From: an uncultured Desulfovibrio sp.
GTDB taxonomy: Bacteria > Desulfobacterota > Desulfovibrionia > Desulfovibrionales > Desulfovibrionaceae
Assembly: GCF_949282365.1 (NCBI RefSeq)
Contig: NZ_CASDOY010000004.1
Coordinates: 19,690-83,689 of the forward strand
Reading direction: 5' to 3'
Length of the DNA: 64,000 bases
The position numbers and the translations under genes were made by a program. Below are positions 28,088 through 37,833 of this stretch, piece by piece. Under the pieces are notes generated by a model, which worked only from the letters and a program-made list of their open reading frames with translations, had not been told where the DNA came from and did no database searches. Numbering within the stretch: the first letter of the stretch is position 1; each line of letters begins with the position of its first letter.

Positions 28088-30427
28088 ATGAGTACCCTGC
28101 CTTCCGACAACGGCGTGCGCAAGCACCTGGCCAGCCTCCTGACCGGCTGGACCGCCATCCTGCTGTGCAGCCTGCTGCTCTACGATGCCCTGCTCTTCTC
28201 CTCCCTGCGTACCGAGACCAGGGACAATATGCGCGCCTCGGCCGCCGTGGCGGCCGTCAGCCTGAAAAACCGCATGAGCATGGGCATCCGCTTCGGCAAA
28301 AAGCTGGAGACCTATCACGGCGTGGACAGACTGCTGGCCAGCGTGGGGCGCGCGGCGGACATGCCCCTGGCCGTCCTGGATGCCCGGGGCAAGGTCCTGC
28401 ACCGCTGGGGGCCCTTCCCCGTCCTGCCGGAGATCCGCACGGAGTTCCCGCAGCCTGCGGAGACGCATGTCCTGCCCCTGGAGCAGGGGGAACTGCTGCT
28501 GACGCCCGTCAGTGACCGCAACGGCCGGATCGCGGGGCACATCGGCGTCTGGCTGCCTTCCGCCGCGATGGACCAGAGGCTGCACGAGCTTTTCCGCCAG
28601 CAGCTGTACTTTCAGGGAGGCCTGGCACTGGCCGGCATCCTGCTGCTGGTCCTCTGCCTTTTCCTGCAGGGACGCCGGGACACGCCCCGCAACCTCTGTA
28701 TCGGCATCTTCCTGCTCATCATGCTGGGCAACGGCGCCATGGCCCTGCACACCGTCAGCCGGCAGTATACCCTGGGGCTGCAGGAGGATGCGGCGCATAC
28801 CGGCGCCATCCTGACGGAAGACCTCAACCGCCTGCTGCTGGTGGGGGTCTCCCTCGACAATACCGCCCGGCTGCATGCCTACCTGGAAAGGGTCGCCGCC
28901 ACCCATGACGACGGCATCGTGCTGGATATCCTCGATCCCGCAGGCAAGGTCTATGCCTCCAGCCATGACAGGGCCGCCGGCGCCCCCGATCTGCTGCCCC
29001 AGGGACAGGAATTCGCCCTGCTGGAACTGGCGTCCGGCTTTTCGCTCAGCGGCGACGCCCTGTCGCAGGGCTGGAAACTGCGTGCCTCCCTGACGCGCGG
29101 CCCCTGGCTGGACCGCCTCGTGGCCAGCGGTCTGGACATCCTGACCCTGGTGGCCATCTCCCTGATCTTCATGGTGGAGATGTTCCTGCTGTTCGCCCGC
29201 TGCCTGGAAGCGCGGCTGCGCAACGAGACGCACAGCCACGCGCACCGCAGCTCCCTGTTCCGTCCGCTGATGTTCGTCTTCGTGCTGGCCATGGACATGA
29301 GCATCTCCTTCATCCCCCTGCGCATGGCCGAGCTCACGCCCCCCGGCATGCTCTCGCGCGATGTGCTGCTGGGGCTGCCCATTTCGGCGGAGATGGGCAT
29401 GACCGGCCTCAGCGTGCTGGTGGCCGGGACATGGATGAAGCGCCGGGGGGCCCGGCAGCCGCTCATGACGGGCATCGTCTTCATGGCGCTGGGCTATGCG
29501 GCCTCCATGCTGGCCTGGACGCCTTGGCTCTTCATCGGCGCACGGGCCCTGGTGGGTCTGGGCTACGGTCTTTCCCTGCTCACGGCCCAGGCCTATACGG
29601 TCAGGGACGGCAATCTGGCGGACATGTTCGCGGGCGTCTACGCCGGTTCCCTCTGCGGCAGCGCACTGGGGGCCATGCTGGCGGAACGCCTGGGCTACGG
29701 GCCCGTGTTCGCCATCTCCGCCCTCATCCTGGCCTGCCTGGCCCTCGTGCCCCTCTACCTGCTGCGCGGCCCCGCGCAGGCGGCAGCGGCAGAGCAGGGG
29801 ACGGCGGCCGCCCGGCTCACCCTGCCGCAAATCCGCCGCCTGCTGGCGGATCGCCGTTTCCTGGCCTTCATCCTGCTGGCCCTGCTGCCTTCGGCCCTGC
29901 TGTGCGTGGGCTTCCTCAACTATTTCCTGCCGGTCTTCCTCAAGGAAGCGCAGGTGGCGCAATCCAATATCGGCCGCGTCTACATGCTCAACTGCCTGAT
30001 CGTCATCTACAGCGGGCCCCTGTTCGCCCGCCTGGTCGGCAGGAGCCTGCACAAGAGCCGCCTCCTGTTCTGGGCGGGCATCCTTTCGGCCCTGTCCGTG
30101 GCCAGCTTCTGCCTGCTGCCGCCCCTGCCGGCCTCGGTGGCGGGCTCCATCCTGCTGGGTCTGGCCACGGGCCTCAACATCCCGGCCCAGAGCGAATACC
30201 TGCTGGAACTGGACATCGCCCGGGCCATCGGCGTGGATCAGACCATGAGCCTGCTGGATGCCCTGCAGCGCGTGGGGCAGGTCATCGGGCCGGTCTGCGT
30301 GGGCGGCATCCTGAGCGTCATGAGTGTGGACAGCGCCGCCCGCTGGGCGGGCATCGGCCTGATGCTGATCTCGCTGCTCTTCCTGGTCCTCGTGCGTCCC
30401 GGACGCTCTGACGGAGGCCGGGCATGA
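28088..30427 (+). CDS. MFS transporter with a long N-terminal membrane/periplasmic extension
   Basis: C-terminal ~400 aa form a hydrophobic MFS (GARALVGLG; GSALGAMLAERLGY; RVGQVIGP); about 350 extra N-terminal residues. Confidence 0.82.
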   Translation: MSTLPSDNGVRKHLASLLTGWTAILLCSLLLYDALLFSSLRTETRDNMRASAAVAAVSLKNRMSMGIRFGKKLETYHGVDRLLASVGRAADMPLAVLDARGKVLHRWGPFPVLPEIRTEFPQPAETHVLPLEQGELLLTPVSDRNGRIAGHIGVWLPSAAMDQRLHELFRQQLYFQGGLALAGILLLVLCLFLQGRRDTPRNLCIGIFLLIMLGNGAMALHTVSRQYTLGLQEDAAHTGAILTEDLNRLLLVGVSLDNTARLHAYLERVAATHDDGIVLDILDPAGKVYASSHDRAAGAPDLLPQGQEFALLELASGFSLSGDALSQGWKLRASLTRGPWLDRLVASGLDILTLVAISLIFMVEMFLLFARCLEARLRNETHSHAHRSSLFRPLMFVFVLAMDMSISFIPLRMAELTPPGMLSRDVLLGLPISAEMGMTGLSVLVAGTWMKRRGARQPLMTGIVFMALGYAASMLAWTPWLFIGARALVGLGYGLSLLTAQAYTVRDGNLADMFAGVYAGSLCGSALGAMLAERLGYGPVFAISALILACLALVPLYLLRGPAQAAAAEQGTAAARLTLPQIRRLLADRRFLAFILLALLPSALLCVGFLNYFLPVFLKEAQVAQSNIGRVYMLNCLIVIYSGPLFARLVGRSLHKSRLLFWAGILSALSVASFCLLPPLPASVAGSILLGLATGLNIPAQSEYLLELDIARAIGVDQTMSLLDALQRVGQVIGPVCVGGILSVMSVDSAARWAGIGLMLISLLFLVLVRPGRSDGGRA

Positions 30428-31935
30428 ACGCGGCCCGGGAATGGCTCCGCCCCCTGATGCCCGATGCCCTGGCCGCGTTCGAACGGGCCGGGGATCTGAG
30501 CCTGGCGGCATATGCGGCGGCCCTGACCAGGGACGCGCCCCGCGCCCCGGCCCTGCAATCAGGGGAAGACCTCGTGGAACTGGCCGCAGAGGCCTGCGGA
30601 CGTCTGTATTCCCCGGCGCTGGGAGAGGCCCTGCGGCGCGAGCTGCACGAGGACTTCCACGCCCTGACGGCCAACCATCACGGGGTGGACTTCCACCCGG
30701 AATTTTTCCAGGGCGACCTGCTCTTCGCCATGAGCTGCCGCCATGCCGTGCCCCTGTTCAACTGCGGCGCCGTCCCCGGCAACAATGTGGCCTATCCGCG
30801 CGGCATCCTGCTGGCACTGGAGAACCCCGGCGAGGCGAGCTTCCGCTGCCGGCGCCTGCCTGTCCTGCCGGGCCGCCACCGGCATGTGCTGGTCAGCGTG
30901 CAGCCGCCCTTCGCGGCGTCGGCGGTCCGCCTGCCCTCGCACATGCCCGGCCTGCCGGACACGCTGCCCCGTGCCGCCCTGGATCGTCTCGTGCAGGCCG
31001 TCTACCTGCATCCGCGCGTCCTGGCGCAAGGCCGCTTCCGGGATCAGGCCAGCCTCATGAACAGCCTGCTGTGGCAGGAAGTCATGGACAGGGCCTGCCC
31101 TGTGCCGCCGCTGGTCTCGCTGGACATGCAGCAGCTGTGCGCGGCCCTGATCCGGGCCGATCTGGAGCGACCCGACAGTCTGGTGGGCCGTCTGCTGCTG
31201 CAGCCGCCGCTGGTCGCCGCCATCTGGGAGGAACTGAACGGGCAGCGGGCCTGCTGGACAGGGACCAGACAGGACCTGCAGCGCGGCAGCTTCCTCTTCT
31301 GGGGCGTGGACGGAGAAGGCCGGGCCCTGGCCCTGCGTCCCTCGCAGGATCGCCGCAGTCTGGTGGCCGTCAGGGACGCCGGCTGGCGTCTGCCCCTGCA
31401 GTCCGCCCCCCTCTCCCGGGCCCTAGAGCAGGAGCGCATCCTGCCGACGCTCTTCCTGTATTTCACCACCGTCTCCGCGGCCCGCGGCCTGCGCTGCACC
31501 GGGGGCATCTTCCAGACCAGCTATCTGCCGCGCATGGTCCACGGCCTTGCCGACGCCCTGCGGCGGTGCGGCGAGCCGGGCATGGCCGACCGGCTCCGGG
31601 AAAGCTTCAGCCCCTGCCCTGCCTGCACGGGCCTGCTCCCCCTGCGTCTGCCCTGCCCCGGGGGACCGCTGCAGAGCGCAGGGCAGGGAGCCGGTGCCGC
31701 CGACCTCTGGCTGGCAGGGGGCCTTTCGCCCGCCTTGTGGCAGGCCATGCGGCAGACACGGGTCCGCGACGCGCTGGCCGTCTCGCTGCCGTATCATTAT
31801 GAAGATCTGGCAGGGCAGGCCATGCAGCCGTCATTGCTGGCCCGGCTCCTGGAGCAGGTCCCGCCTGCCCGCAGCCTGCCCTTTACGGGATCCCGCACCG
31901 CTGAAGCCTGTACTTCGGAGCGCCATCATGCCTGA
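30424..31935 (+). CDS. Hypothetical cytoplasmic protein (503 aa)
   Basis: Overlaps both neighbouring genes (translational coupling); LTANHHG and SFLFWG motifs; family not recognised. Confidence 0.7.
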   Translation: MNAAREWLRPLMPDALAAFERAGDLSLAAYAAALTRDAPRAPALQSGEDLVELAAEACGRLYSPALGEALRRELHEDFHALTANHHGVDFHPEFFQGDLLFAMSCRHAVPLFNCGAVPGNNVAYPRGILLALENPGEASFRCRRLPVLPGRHRHVLVSVQPPFAASAVRLPSHMPGLPDTLPRAALDRLVQAVYLHPRVLAQGRFRDQASLMNSLLWQEVMDRACPVPPLVSLDMQQLCAALIRADLERPDSLVGRLLLQPPLVAAIWEELNGQRACWTGTRQDLQRGSFLFWGVDGEGRALALRPSQDRRSLVAVRDAGWRLPLQSAPLSRALEQERILPTLFLYFTTVSAARGLRCTGGIFQTSYLPRMVHGLADALRRCGEPGMADRLRESFSPCPACTGLLPLRLPCPGGPLQSAGQGAGAADLWLAGGLSPALWQAMRQTRVRDALAVSLPYHYEDLAGQAMQPSLLARLLEQVPPARSLPFTGSRTAEACTSERHHA

Positions 31936-33121
31936 ACTGGAGATCAATATGGACGCGCTGGCCCACAATCTGCGCCTTGTCCGGCGTCAGGGACACGCAT
32001 GGCGGTTCAGCTTCCTGCCTGTCCTGAAGATGGCGGCTTCGCATCCGGCCATCGTCGCCTTTCTGCGTGCGCAGGGCTGCCGCAGCTACGGTATCGCGGA
32101 CATGACGGAGCATCTGCTCTACGGCACGGAGCCCCCCTCCCGGGAGGGACGTGTCCTGATCAATCTGCCGCCCCCGGACAGGGCGGACGACGCCGTGCGC
32201 TGGTTCGAGCGCAGCGCCTTTTCCAGCGAGGGCACCTTCCGGGCCCTTGACCACGCCGCACGCGCCGCCGGCCTGCACCATGACACGCAGCTCATGGTGG
32301 ATATCGGCGACATGCGCGAAGGCATCCCCTTGGCCGATGCCCGCGCCCTGCTGCGGGCCGTGGGGGCGGCCTCGCGACGCGCGGCCCGGGGCCCGGGGGC
32401 GCATGTGGCCGGGATCGGTGTCAATCTGGGCTGCCTGTACGGCACCTGCCCGGATGACGAGAACATGGCCCTGCTGGAAGGACTGGCGGCCCAGGCCGGT
32501 CCGCTCCTGGGCCATGCCCTGCAGCGTGTCAGCCTAGGCGGGAGCATCTTCTGGAACTGGTTTGCCCGTCGCGAAGGTCGCGGGCCGCGCCTGCCGCGGG
32601 ACTGCGTCATGGAATTCCGCATGGGGGATCCCCTGCTGCTCGGCCGGGACATGTACCGCAACGAGCCCCTGCTGGGCGGGAATTTCCGGCAGGACGTCTT
32701 TTCCCTGTCCGCCACGGTGCTGGAAGTGACGGAACGGGACATCCACCCGCCCCGGCAGAGCGTCCACAACGGCCGTGGGCGGTCCGCCCGCTGTCCCGAG
32801 CTGGGCAAAAGGCTCCGCGCGCTGGTGGACTGCGGCAGCCTGCACACGGATGTGCAGGGCCTGGTCCTGTCCCGGCCGGATTGCTGGATCGCCGATTTCA
32901 GCGGCAATTATGCCATCCTTGATATGACCGGCAGCCCGCGCCCTCCCGTACCGGGGGAACGCATCCGCTTTTTCCCGTCCTACTGGGCCGTGGCCCGCAC
33001 CTGCCGCCTGCCCCATCTCCCCAAGACCATCGTCCACGACAGCCGCCCCGGGCCCGCAGGCTCCGGGGCCTGCAGCGTCGCGCCCCGTACGGACGCGGCA
33101 TCCCCTTCGGAGGTTTCATGA
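31928..33121 (+). CDS. Alanine/ornithine racemase-like fold-type III PLP enzyme
   Basis: LEINMDALAHN; PVLK (PLP Lys); LMVDIGDMREG; GIGVNLGC; start re-picked at MPELE. Confidence 0.8.
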   Translation: MPELEINMDALAHNLRLVRRQGHAWRFSFLPVLKMAASHPAIVAFLRAQGCRSYGIADMTEHLLYGTEPPSREGRVLINLPPPDRADDAVRWFERSAFSSEGTFRALDHAARAAGLHHDTQLMVDIGDMREGIPLADARALLRAVGAASRRAARGPGAHVAGIGVNLGCLYGTCPDDENMALLEGLAAQAGPLLGHALQRVSLGGSIFWNWFARREGRGPRLPRDCVMEFRMGDPLLLGRDMYRNEPLLGGNFRQDVFSLSATVLEVTERDIHPPRQSVHNGRGRSARCPELGKRLRALVDCGSLHTDVQGLVLSRPDCWIADFSGNYAILDMTGSPRPPVPGERIRFFPSYWAVARTCRLPHLPKTIVHDSRPGPAGSGACSVAPRTDAASPSEVS

Positions 33122-34272
33122 AGACAGCATCGCGCCCATTCCCGGCGTTTTCCGTCCGCATCGTCCTGCTGTTCCTGCTGGCCTGGAGCTGCGCCTTTTC
33201 CGCTGTGGCGCAGGCACGGCCTGCCGGCGACAAGGCCTGGCGGGTGATCTATGTGGAGGGCGGCCCCTTTTCCGACTATCAGCGCATCTTCCAGGGCCTG
33301 GCCCTGGGACTGGAGGAACGCGGCCTCATCGAAAACGGCCATGTGCCCCTGCCTTCGGACAGCGAGGAGACGCAGGGCATGTGGCAATGGCTGGCCAGCC
33401 ATGCCGGCGGGGAACGCATCGTCTTCCTGCCTGACGGCTTCTATTCCGCCGGCTGGGACAAGCAGCAGCGGGAGCGCATCCGGCAGGACGTCCTGCAGCG
33501 CATCCGGGAAAGGAAGGATGTGGACATGATCCTGGCCTTCGGCACCTGGGCCGGACAGGACTTCTCCGCCCAGGACCTGCCCGTTCCGGTCATCGTCTCT
33601 TCCGTGACCAATGCCGTGGATTCCGGCATCATCCCTTCGGTCAGCGATTCGGGACGGGACAATCTGGTGGCCCCCATCGAACCGGACCGCTTCAAGCGGC
33701 AGGTCCTGCTGTTCCACGACATCTTCGCGTTCAAAACGCTCGGTATCGCTTACGAGGATACCCCGGCGGGTCGCGGCAGCATCGCCCTCAACGAGATCGA
33801 GGACGCTGCCGGAGAGCTGGGCGTCACCCTGGTGCGTTGCACCGATACTTTTGACATACAGGACGCGAACCTGGCCTCGGACAGATTGCTGGCCTGCCAC
33901 AAGAAGCTGGCGGAACAGGGGGTCGAGGCCGTCTACCTCACCTATAACGTGGGCCTGCAGGCGGACGCCATGCGGCGGGTGCTGCAGCCCCTGGCCGATG
34001 CCCGCATCCCGACCTTTTCCCAGCTGGGCTCGCCGGACGTGGTGCACGGCGCGCTGTTGAGCGTGGCCCAGTCCAGCATCACCGAAGAAGGCCGCTTCAG
34101 CGCCGGTCTTGTGGATGCCATCCTCAAGGGAGCGCGCCCGCGCGACCTGTCGCCCGTTTTTGAAAGCCCGGTCAGCATGGCCCTGAACCTGTTCATGGCC
34201 ACGCTCATCGGCTGGAACCCGCCGCTGGAAGTGCTGGCGGCCGTGGACGAGTTCTATCAGGAAATGAAATAG
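33118..34272 (+). CDS. Periplasmic ABC-type substrate-binding protein, without adjacent ABC permease or ATPase
   Basis: Signal peptide; AFGTWAG; SVTNAVDSGII; VVHGALLSV; ILKGARPRDL; LNL..A..IG (ABC_sub_bind-like). Confidence 0.8.
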   Translation: MKTASRPFPAFSVRIVLLFLLAWSCAFSAVAQARPAGDKAWRVIYVEGGPFSDYQRIFQGLALGLEERGLIENGHVPLPSDSEETQGMWQWLASHAGGERIVFLPDGFYSAGWDKQQRERIRQDVLQRIRERKDVDMILAFGTWAGQDFSAQDLPVPVIVSSVTNAVDSGIIPSVSDSGRDNLVAPIEPDRFKRQVLLFHDIFAFKTLGIAYEDTPAGRGSIALNEIEDAAGELGVTLVRCTDTFDIQDANLASDRLLACHKKLAEQGVEAVYLTYNVGLQADAMRRVLQPLADARIPTFSQLGSPDVVHGALLSVAQSSITEEGRFSAGLVDAILKGARPRDLSPVFESPVSMALNLFMATLIGWNPPLEVLAAVDEFYQEMK

Positions 34273-35074
34273 GGCATGCGGCGCAACGGTGCACGGCCCT
34301 GCGCGGAGCGCGTGTTTGGCCGTCTCCCCGCGCCGTTTTGCCACAGGGCGGACGTGCTGCGGCCCTGCCTGCCCTGCTATGGCGGGCTACCGCACGCGAA
34401 AAGCCGCAGACAAGGAGGACGTATCGTTCAACGGTACGTCCTTTTGCGTTTGGGGGCCCTGTCCCCAAGGCACAGCCGCTGCCCTGTCCTTCCGGCATGC
34501 CGAGGAAGGCTCTGCCGCATGTCCCGCCATAGGGCTCATGTCCCGGACGCGATCGCCGGGGCCAGTGCTGCGGGACGCATGAAGACGGCCCCGTTACCCT
34601 GCATACAGAAGCGCGGGACAGAGAGGAATGCCTTTCCTGGTTGGCCCCGGGCTGGCTGCGCAAGGAGGACAAAAAGACGCTCCGCGGCACGGCCCGTCGC
34701 CTTCCTTCACGCCGCAGGAGACCTGACCTTCGGGGCAGGTCCCTGCGCCGTCCTGCAGGCGCGGCTCCCCGCCCACAGCCGGGCATAGCCCGCCGTGCTG
34801 CCGCGCAGCGCGATATGCAGTAGGCCCCGCAGGGGCGCGGGCAAAAGATGCAGAACCCTCTCCCGGCACATGTCGCACATGCGCCAGGAGAGCCGCTGCG
34901 CCAGCATACGGCAAAAGATCCTGTCACTGTCGGCCATCGGTGTACCTCCGCGTATGGCGACAGTCTGGCCCCCTTCTCCGGCAGAAGCGTGTCAGCCGCC
35001 CGTCATTCCGGCGACTATGGCGGCGGGCCGGCTCACGGCCTGACGGGGAAGGCCGTCACGGAGCCCGGCACAGC

Positions 35075-35821
35075 TCAGGCCGACATGGGGCAGAAGCGTT
35101 CCGCCCCCAGCGCACGGGCGGCCCCGGCACAGGAGGTGCCGAAGAACAGCACAGGCTTGCCGATGTCCAGAAAATCGACGAACGTGCCGTTGCACAGGGT
35201 ACTGCCCGTACACAGCACCAGTTCCGCCCAGTCCCGGACCACGTCCCCGTATGCGCTCGCCCCGTTTTCCACGGTCACGCCGGAGCGCACGCTGCCCACG
35301 ATCTCGGGATTGAGGTCCAGGACCCGCACGCTGAACTCCCTGACCAGCCGGGCCAGCAGCGCCGGCTGGAAGCCCACCAGGGCGATGCGCGGCCTGCCGA
35401 AGCGCTCCCGCACCAGCGCGGCGTAGCGTTCCGCGCACTGCTCCGGGCCGTCATCCCGGCAATGCACCGTATTGCCGATCTCGCCCGTGGCACGCAGGAC
35501 GGCGTTGAGCGTGGCCACCAGGATGCCCCGGGCCTGGGGATCGCGTGCCGTATCCAGTGCCAGTACCTCGGCCAGCGAGCCTTCGAAATCCACGGGCGCG
35601 CTGGTGAAGGCCTGGCCGAGCGCCTCACCGAAACGGGCCTGGAGCATGATCTCCTTGCCGTTGAGGATGGGATAATCCGTCCGCGCCGTCCGGCCGATGG
35701 CCTCCTCCGGCGTCAGGCCGCGGCTTTTCAGACTGATGCTGGCTTCGTCCAGATGGTGCCGCTCGATGGCATCACGCAGGGCCTGCCTGAGCCGGGCGTA
35801 CAGGTCTTCTTGCGTCATCAT
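35075..35821 (-). CDS. DUF364/Rossmann-like domain protein
   Basis: GQAFT; ATLNAV; IALVGFQP; VLDLN; TGSTLCNGT; FFGTSCAG. Confidence 0.7.
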   Translation of the reverse strand: MMTQEDLYARLRQALRDAIERHHLDEASISLKSRGLTPEEAIGRTARTDYPILNGKEIMLQARFGEALGQAFTSAPVDFEGSLAEVLALDTARDPQARGILVATLNAVLRATGEIGNTVHCRDDGPEQCAERYAALVRERFGRPRIALVGFQPALLARLVREFSVRVLDLNPEIVGSVRSGVTVENGASAYGDVVRDWAELVLCTGSTLCNGTFVDFLDIGKPVLFFGTSCAGAARALGAERFCPMSA

Positions 35822-36041
35822 GTAGCATGCCTCCAGATAGGGTTGGCTGCCTTCGCTGCGGGGAATGCCTGAGGCGGCGGAAGAGACCGCCGGACCGGGG
35901 CCGGACTGGACAGGGCAGGTCCCGCACGCTGCCATGCGCTGCCGGAGCGGTCGCCCTTGCAGGGACGGCCCGGACGGGCCGCGCGTGGCAGCGACAAAAA
36001 AGGGGCCACCCCTTTCCGGGGCAGCCCTGATCGCCAAAAAG

Positions 36042-37619
36042 CTAGGCGTGCGGTCCTTGCCCTTGCCGCAGTCCCCGTTCCTGCAGGCGCTTGCGGGCGC
36101 GCAGGCTGACCCGGAAAATCCACGACAGCAGGACCACGACCAAAATGCCCATATCGGCCAGCAGCACGCGCGAGGCGTTGAAATGCTGCTCGAAGCCCCA
36201 GAGGGTGGCCCTGTCCCAGGCGGGATGATAGATGAACCAGCCCATGCCTATGGCCAGCCCCAGCATCGCGAAGGCAAGGGCCAGCCAGGGGGCCGGGATG
36301 GCTTCTTCCCAGAAGAAGGACGAACGGTAGAAGCGGCGCCGGGACAGCCAGACCGTGATCAGCACCACCAGGGCGGCACCGGCGGCCAGGAAGGACAGGC
36401 CCTTGAGCAGCGCGCCCGCGATGCCCAGCAGCAGCAGGATCATCGCCATCCAGAAGGCCCTGTTCTGCCGCCGTTCCAGACCATACGCCACAAAGAGCAG
36501 CATGGCCCCGGAAAGGGCGCAGACCAGATGTCCGCCCATGATCAGGGGGCGGGGCAGGAAGGAGAGCTGCGCCACCACCGAAGGCAGGGTGGGCAGCATG
36601 GCGGAGACCAGCAGGATGCAGCCGCCCACGAAGGTCGTGTAGGCCGCGATGGAATGGGAGATCACCGACAGCCAGCGCCCGGCTTCCCGCAGGGTGTTGC
36701 GGCTCTGCCGGGCCTCGTACACGGCCAGCAGGGCAGCGGCGGCCAGCAGCGGCAGGATGAAGTAGATCAGGCGGAACAGCAGCACCCCGGCGAACACGGC
36801 CTGCTCGCGCGGGGTATGGGTCAGGTGCAGGATGACCAGCTCGAAGACCCCCACGCCGCCGGGCACATGGGTCAGCACCACGGCCACCTGGGCCATGAGG
36901 TAGCTGGGCAGGAAGTCGATGAAGCCGATGCCCAGATCACCGGGCAGGAGCACATACATGCAGCCGGCGGCGGCGATCAGGTCCACCCCGGCCACCACCA
37001 TCTGGGCCACCGCGATCCGGGGGACGGGAAAGACGAACTCCTTGCCGAAGATGTGCACCGGTTTGCGGATGGTGAAGCAGAGCACCAGATAGGACAGCGC
37101 GATGGCCAGGAGGATGCCCCCCAGGAAGCGCACGTCATGGATGGGCATCTTGGCCAGCAGCTCGTCGGGGATCACGGGCGGCGCCAGCAGGAAGACCACG
37201 CCGCACAGGCCCAGGGCCCCGACCCAGAAGGTGACCGCCAGCATCAGGACCAGACGCACGATCTCGACCAGGGAAAAGCCCCAGGCCGAATAGAAGCGGT
37301 AGCGGACGCTCGTCCCGCCCAGCAGGGCGCCGAAATTGTAGCTGACGGCCTGTCCCACCAGCGAGACGAGGCCCACGCGCGGCAGGGGCAGGGATTTGTG
37401 GATGGCCTTCAGGGCCAGCCAGTCATAGCCCACCAGGATGATGTAGTTGACGATCATCAGGCCGATGGAGAAAAAGATACTGCCCATGGAGACCTGATGG
37501 ATGCTCTCCCTGATCTGGGCGATGCTGTAGGCTTTGAGCTTGTGATACAGAAGATATATGGCCAGCACGAAAAGTGCCGTGATGAGAACAGGCCCCAGGT
37601 AACGCAAGTATTTTTTCAT
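36042..37619 (-). CDS. MprF-type aminoacyl-phosphatidylglycerol flippase/TM domain protein without synthase domain
   Basis: YD.LAL; GG.SVRYRFYSAWG; HVPGGVGVFE; LLFRLIYFILP; LLFVAYGL.RR..RAF. Confidence 0.8.
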   Translation of the reverse strand: MKKYLRYLGPVLITALFVLAIYLLYHKLKAYSIAQIRESIHQVSMGSIFFSIGLMIVNYIILVGYDWLALKAIHKSLPLPRVGLVSLVGQAVSYNFGALLGGTSVRYRFYSAWGFSLVEIVRLVLMLAVTFWVGALGLCGVVFLLAPPVIPDELLAKMPIHDVRFLGGILLAIALSYLVLCFTIRKPVHIFGKEFVFPVPRIAVAQMVVAGVDLIAAAGCMYVLLPGDLGIGFIDFLPSYLMAQVAVVLTHVPGGVGVFELVILHLTHTPREQAVFAGVLLFRLIYFILPLLAAAALLAVYEARQSRNTLREAGRWLSVISHSIAAYTTFVGGCILLVSAMLPTLPSVVAQLSFLPRPLIMGGHLVCALSGAMLLFVAYGLERRQNRAFWMAMILLLLGIAGALLKGLSFLAAGAALVVLITVWLSRRRFYRSSFFWEEAIPAPWLALAFAMLGLAIGMGWFIYHPAWDRATLWGFEQHFNASRVLLADMGILVVVLLSWIFRVSLRARKRLQERGLRQGQGPHA

Positions 37620-37745
37620 GGCGTTCCGGCAAGGTAAGAATGTTGTTCAAACTATCTCCAGCATATACGCAGCGGCTCCCCTGTGCAAGCGCAACCTCTT
37701 TCGCGGTGTCCTGTCGGGCAGGATCCGTCCGCCGGCCGACAGGGC

Positions 37746-37774
37746 TTGACCAATATCCGGGCAGCGGCTATAGT
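37746..37774 (+). promoter_or_regulatory. Sigma-70 promoter of greA
   Basis: TTGACC-17 nt-TATAGT. Confidence 0.65.
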
Positions 37775-37798
37775 GAGTCAAACAAATGCATTTTTCAT

Positions 37799-37833
37799 GC
37801 GCTCCGCTGCCCGCGCAGCGGACGCTTTTTTTT
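37799..37833 (+). terminator. Intrinsic terminator/attenuator in the greA 5' leader
   Basis: Stem tccgctgc-ccgc-gcagcgga followed by a T8 run, between promoter and RBS. Confidence 0.7.

Noticed and set aside
25916-30511. 1531-aa minus-strand ORF and similar long ORFs (12665-15652, 20343-22793, 48160-51441, 52231-54723)
   Set aside because: Antisense shadows of real genes, expected from high-GC codon bias; no motifs
34273-35074. Genes or att site at the right border of the T3SS region
   Set aside because: Only low-complexity Arg/Pro/Ala-rich ORFs without clear RBS or motifs; no tRNA fragment, inverted repeat or transposase
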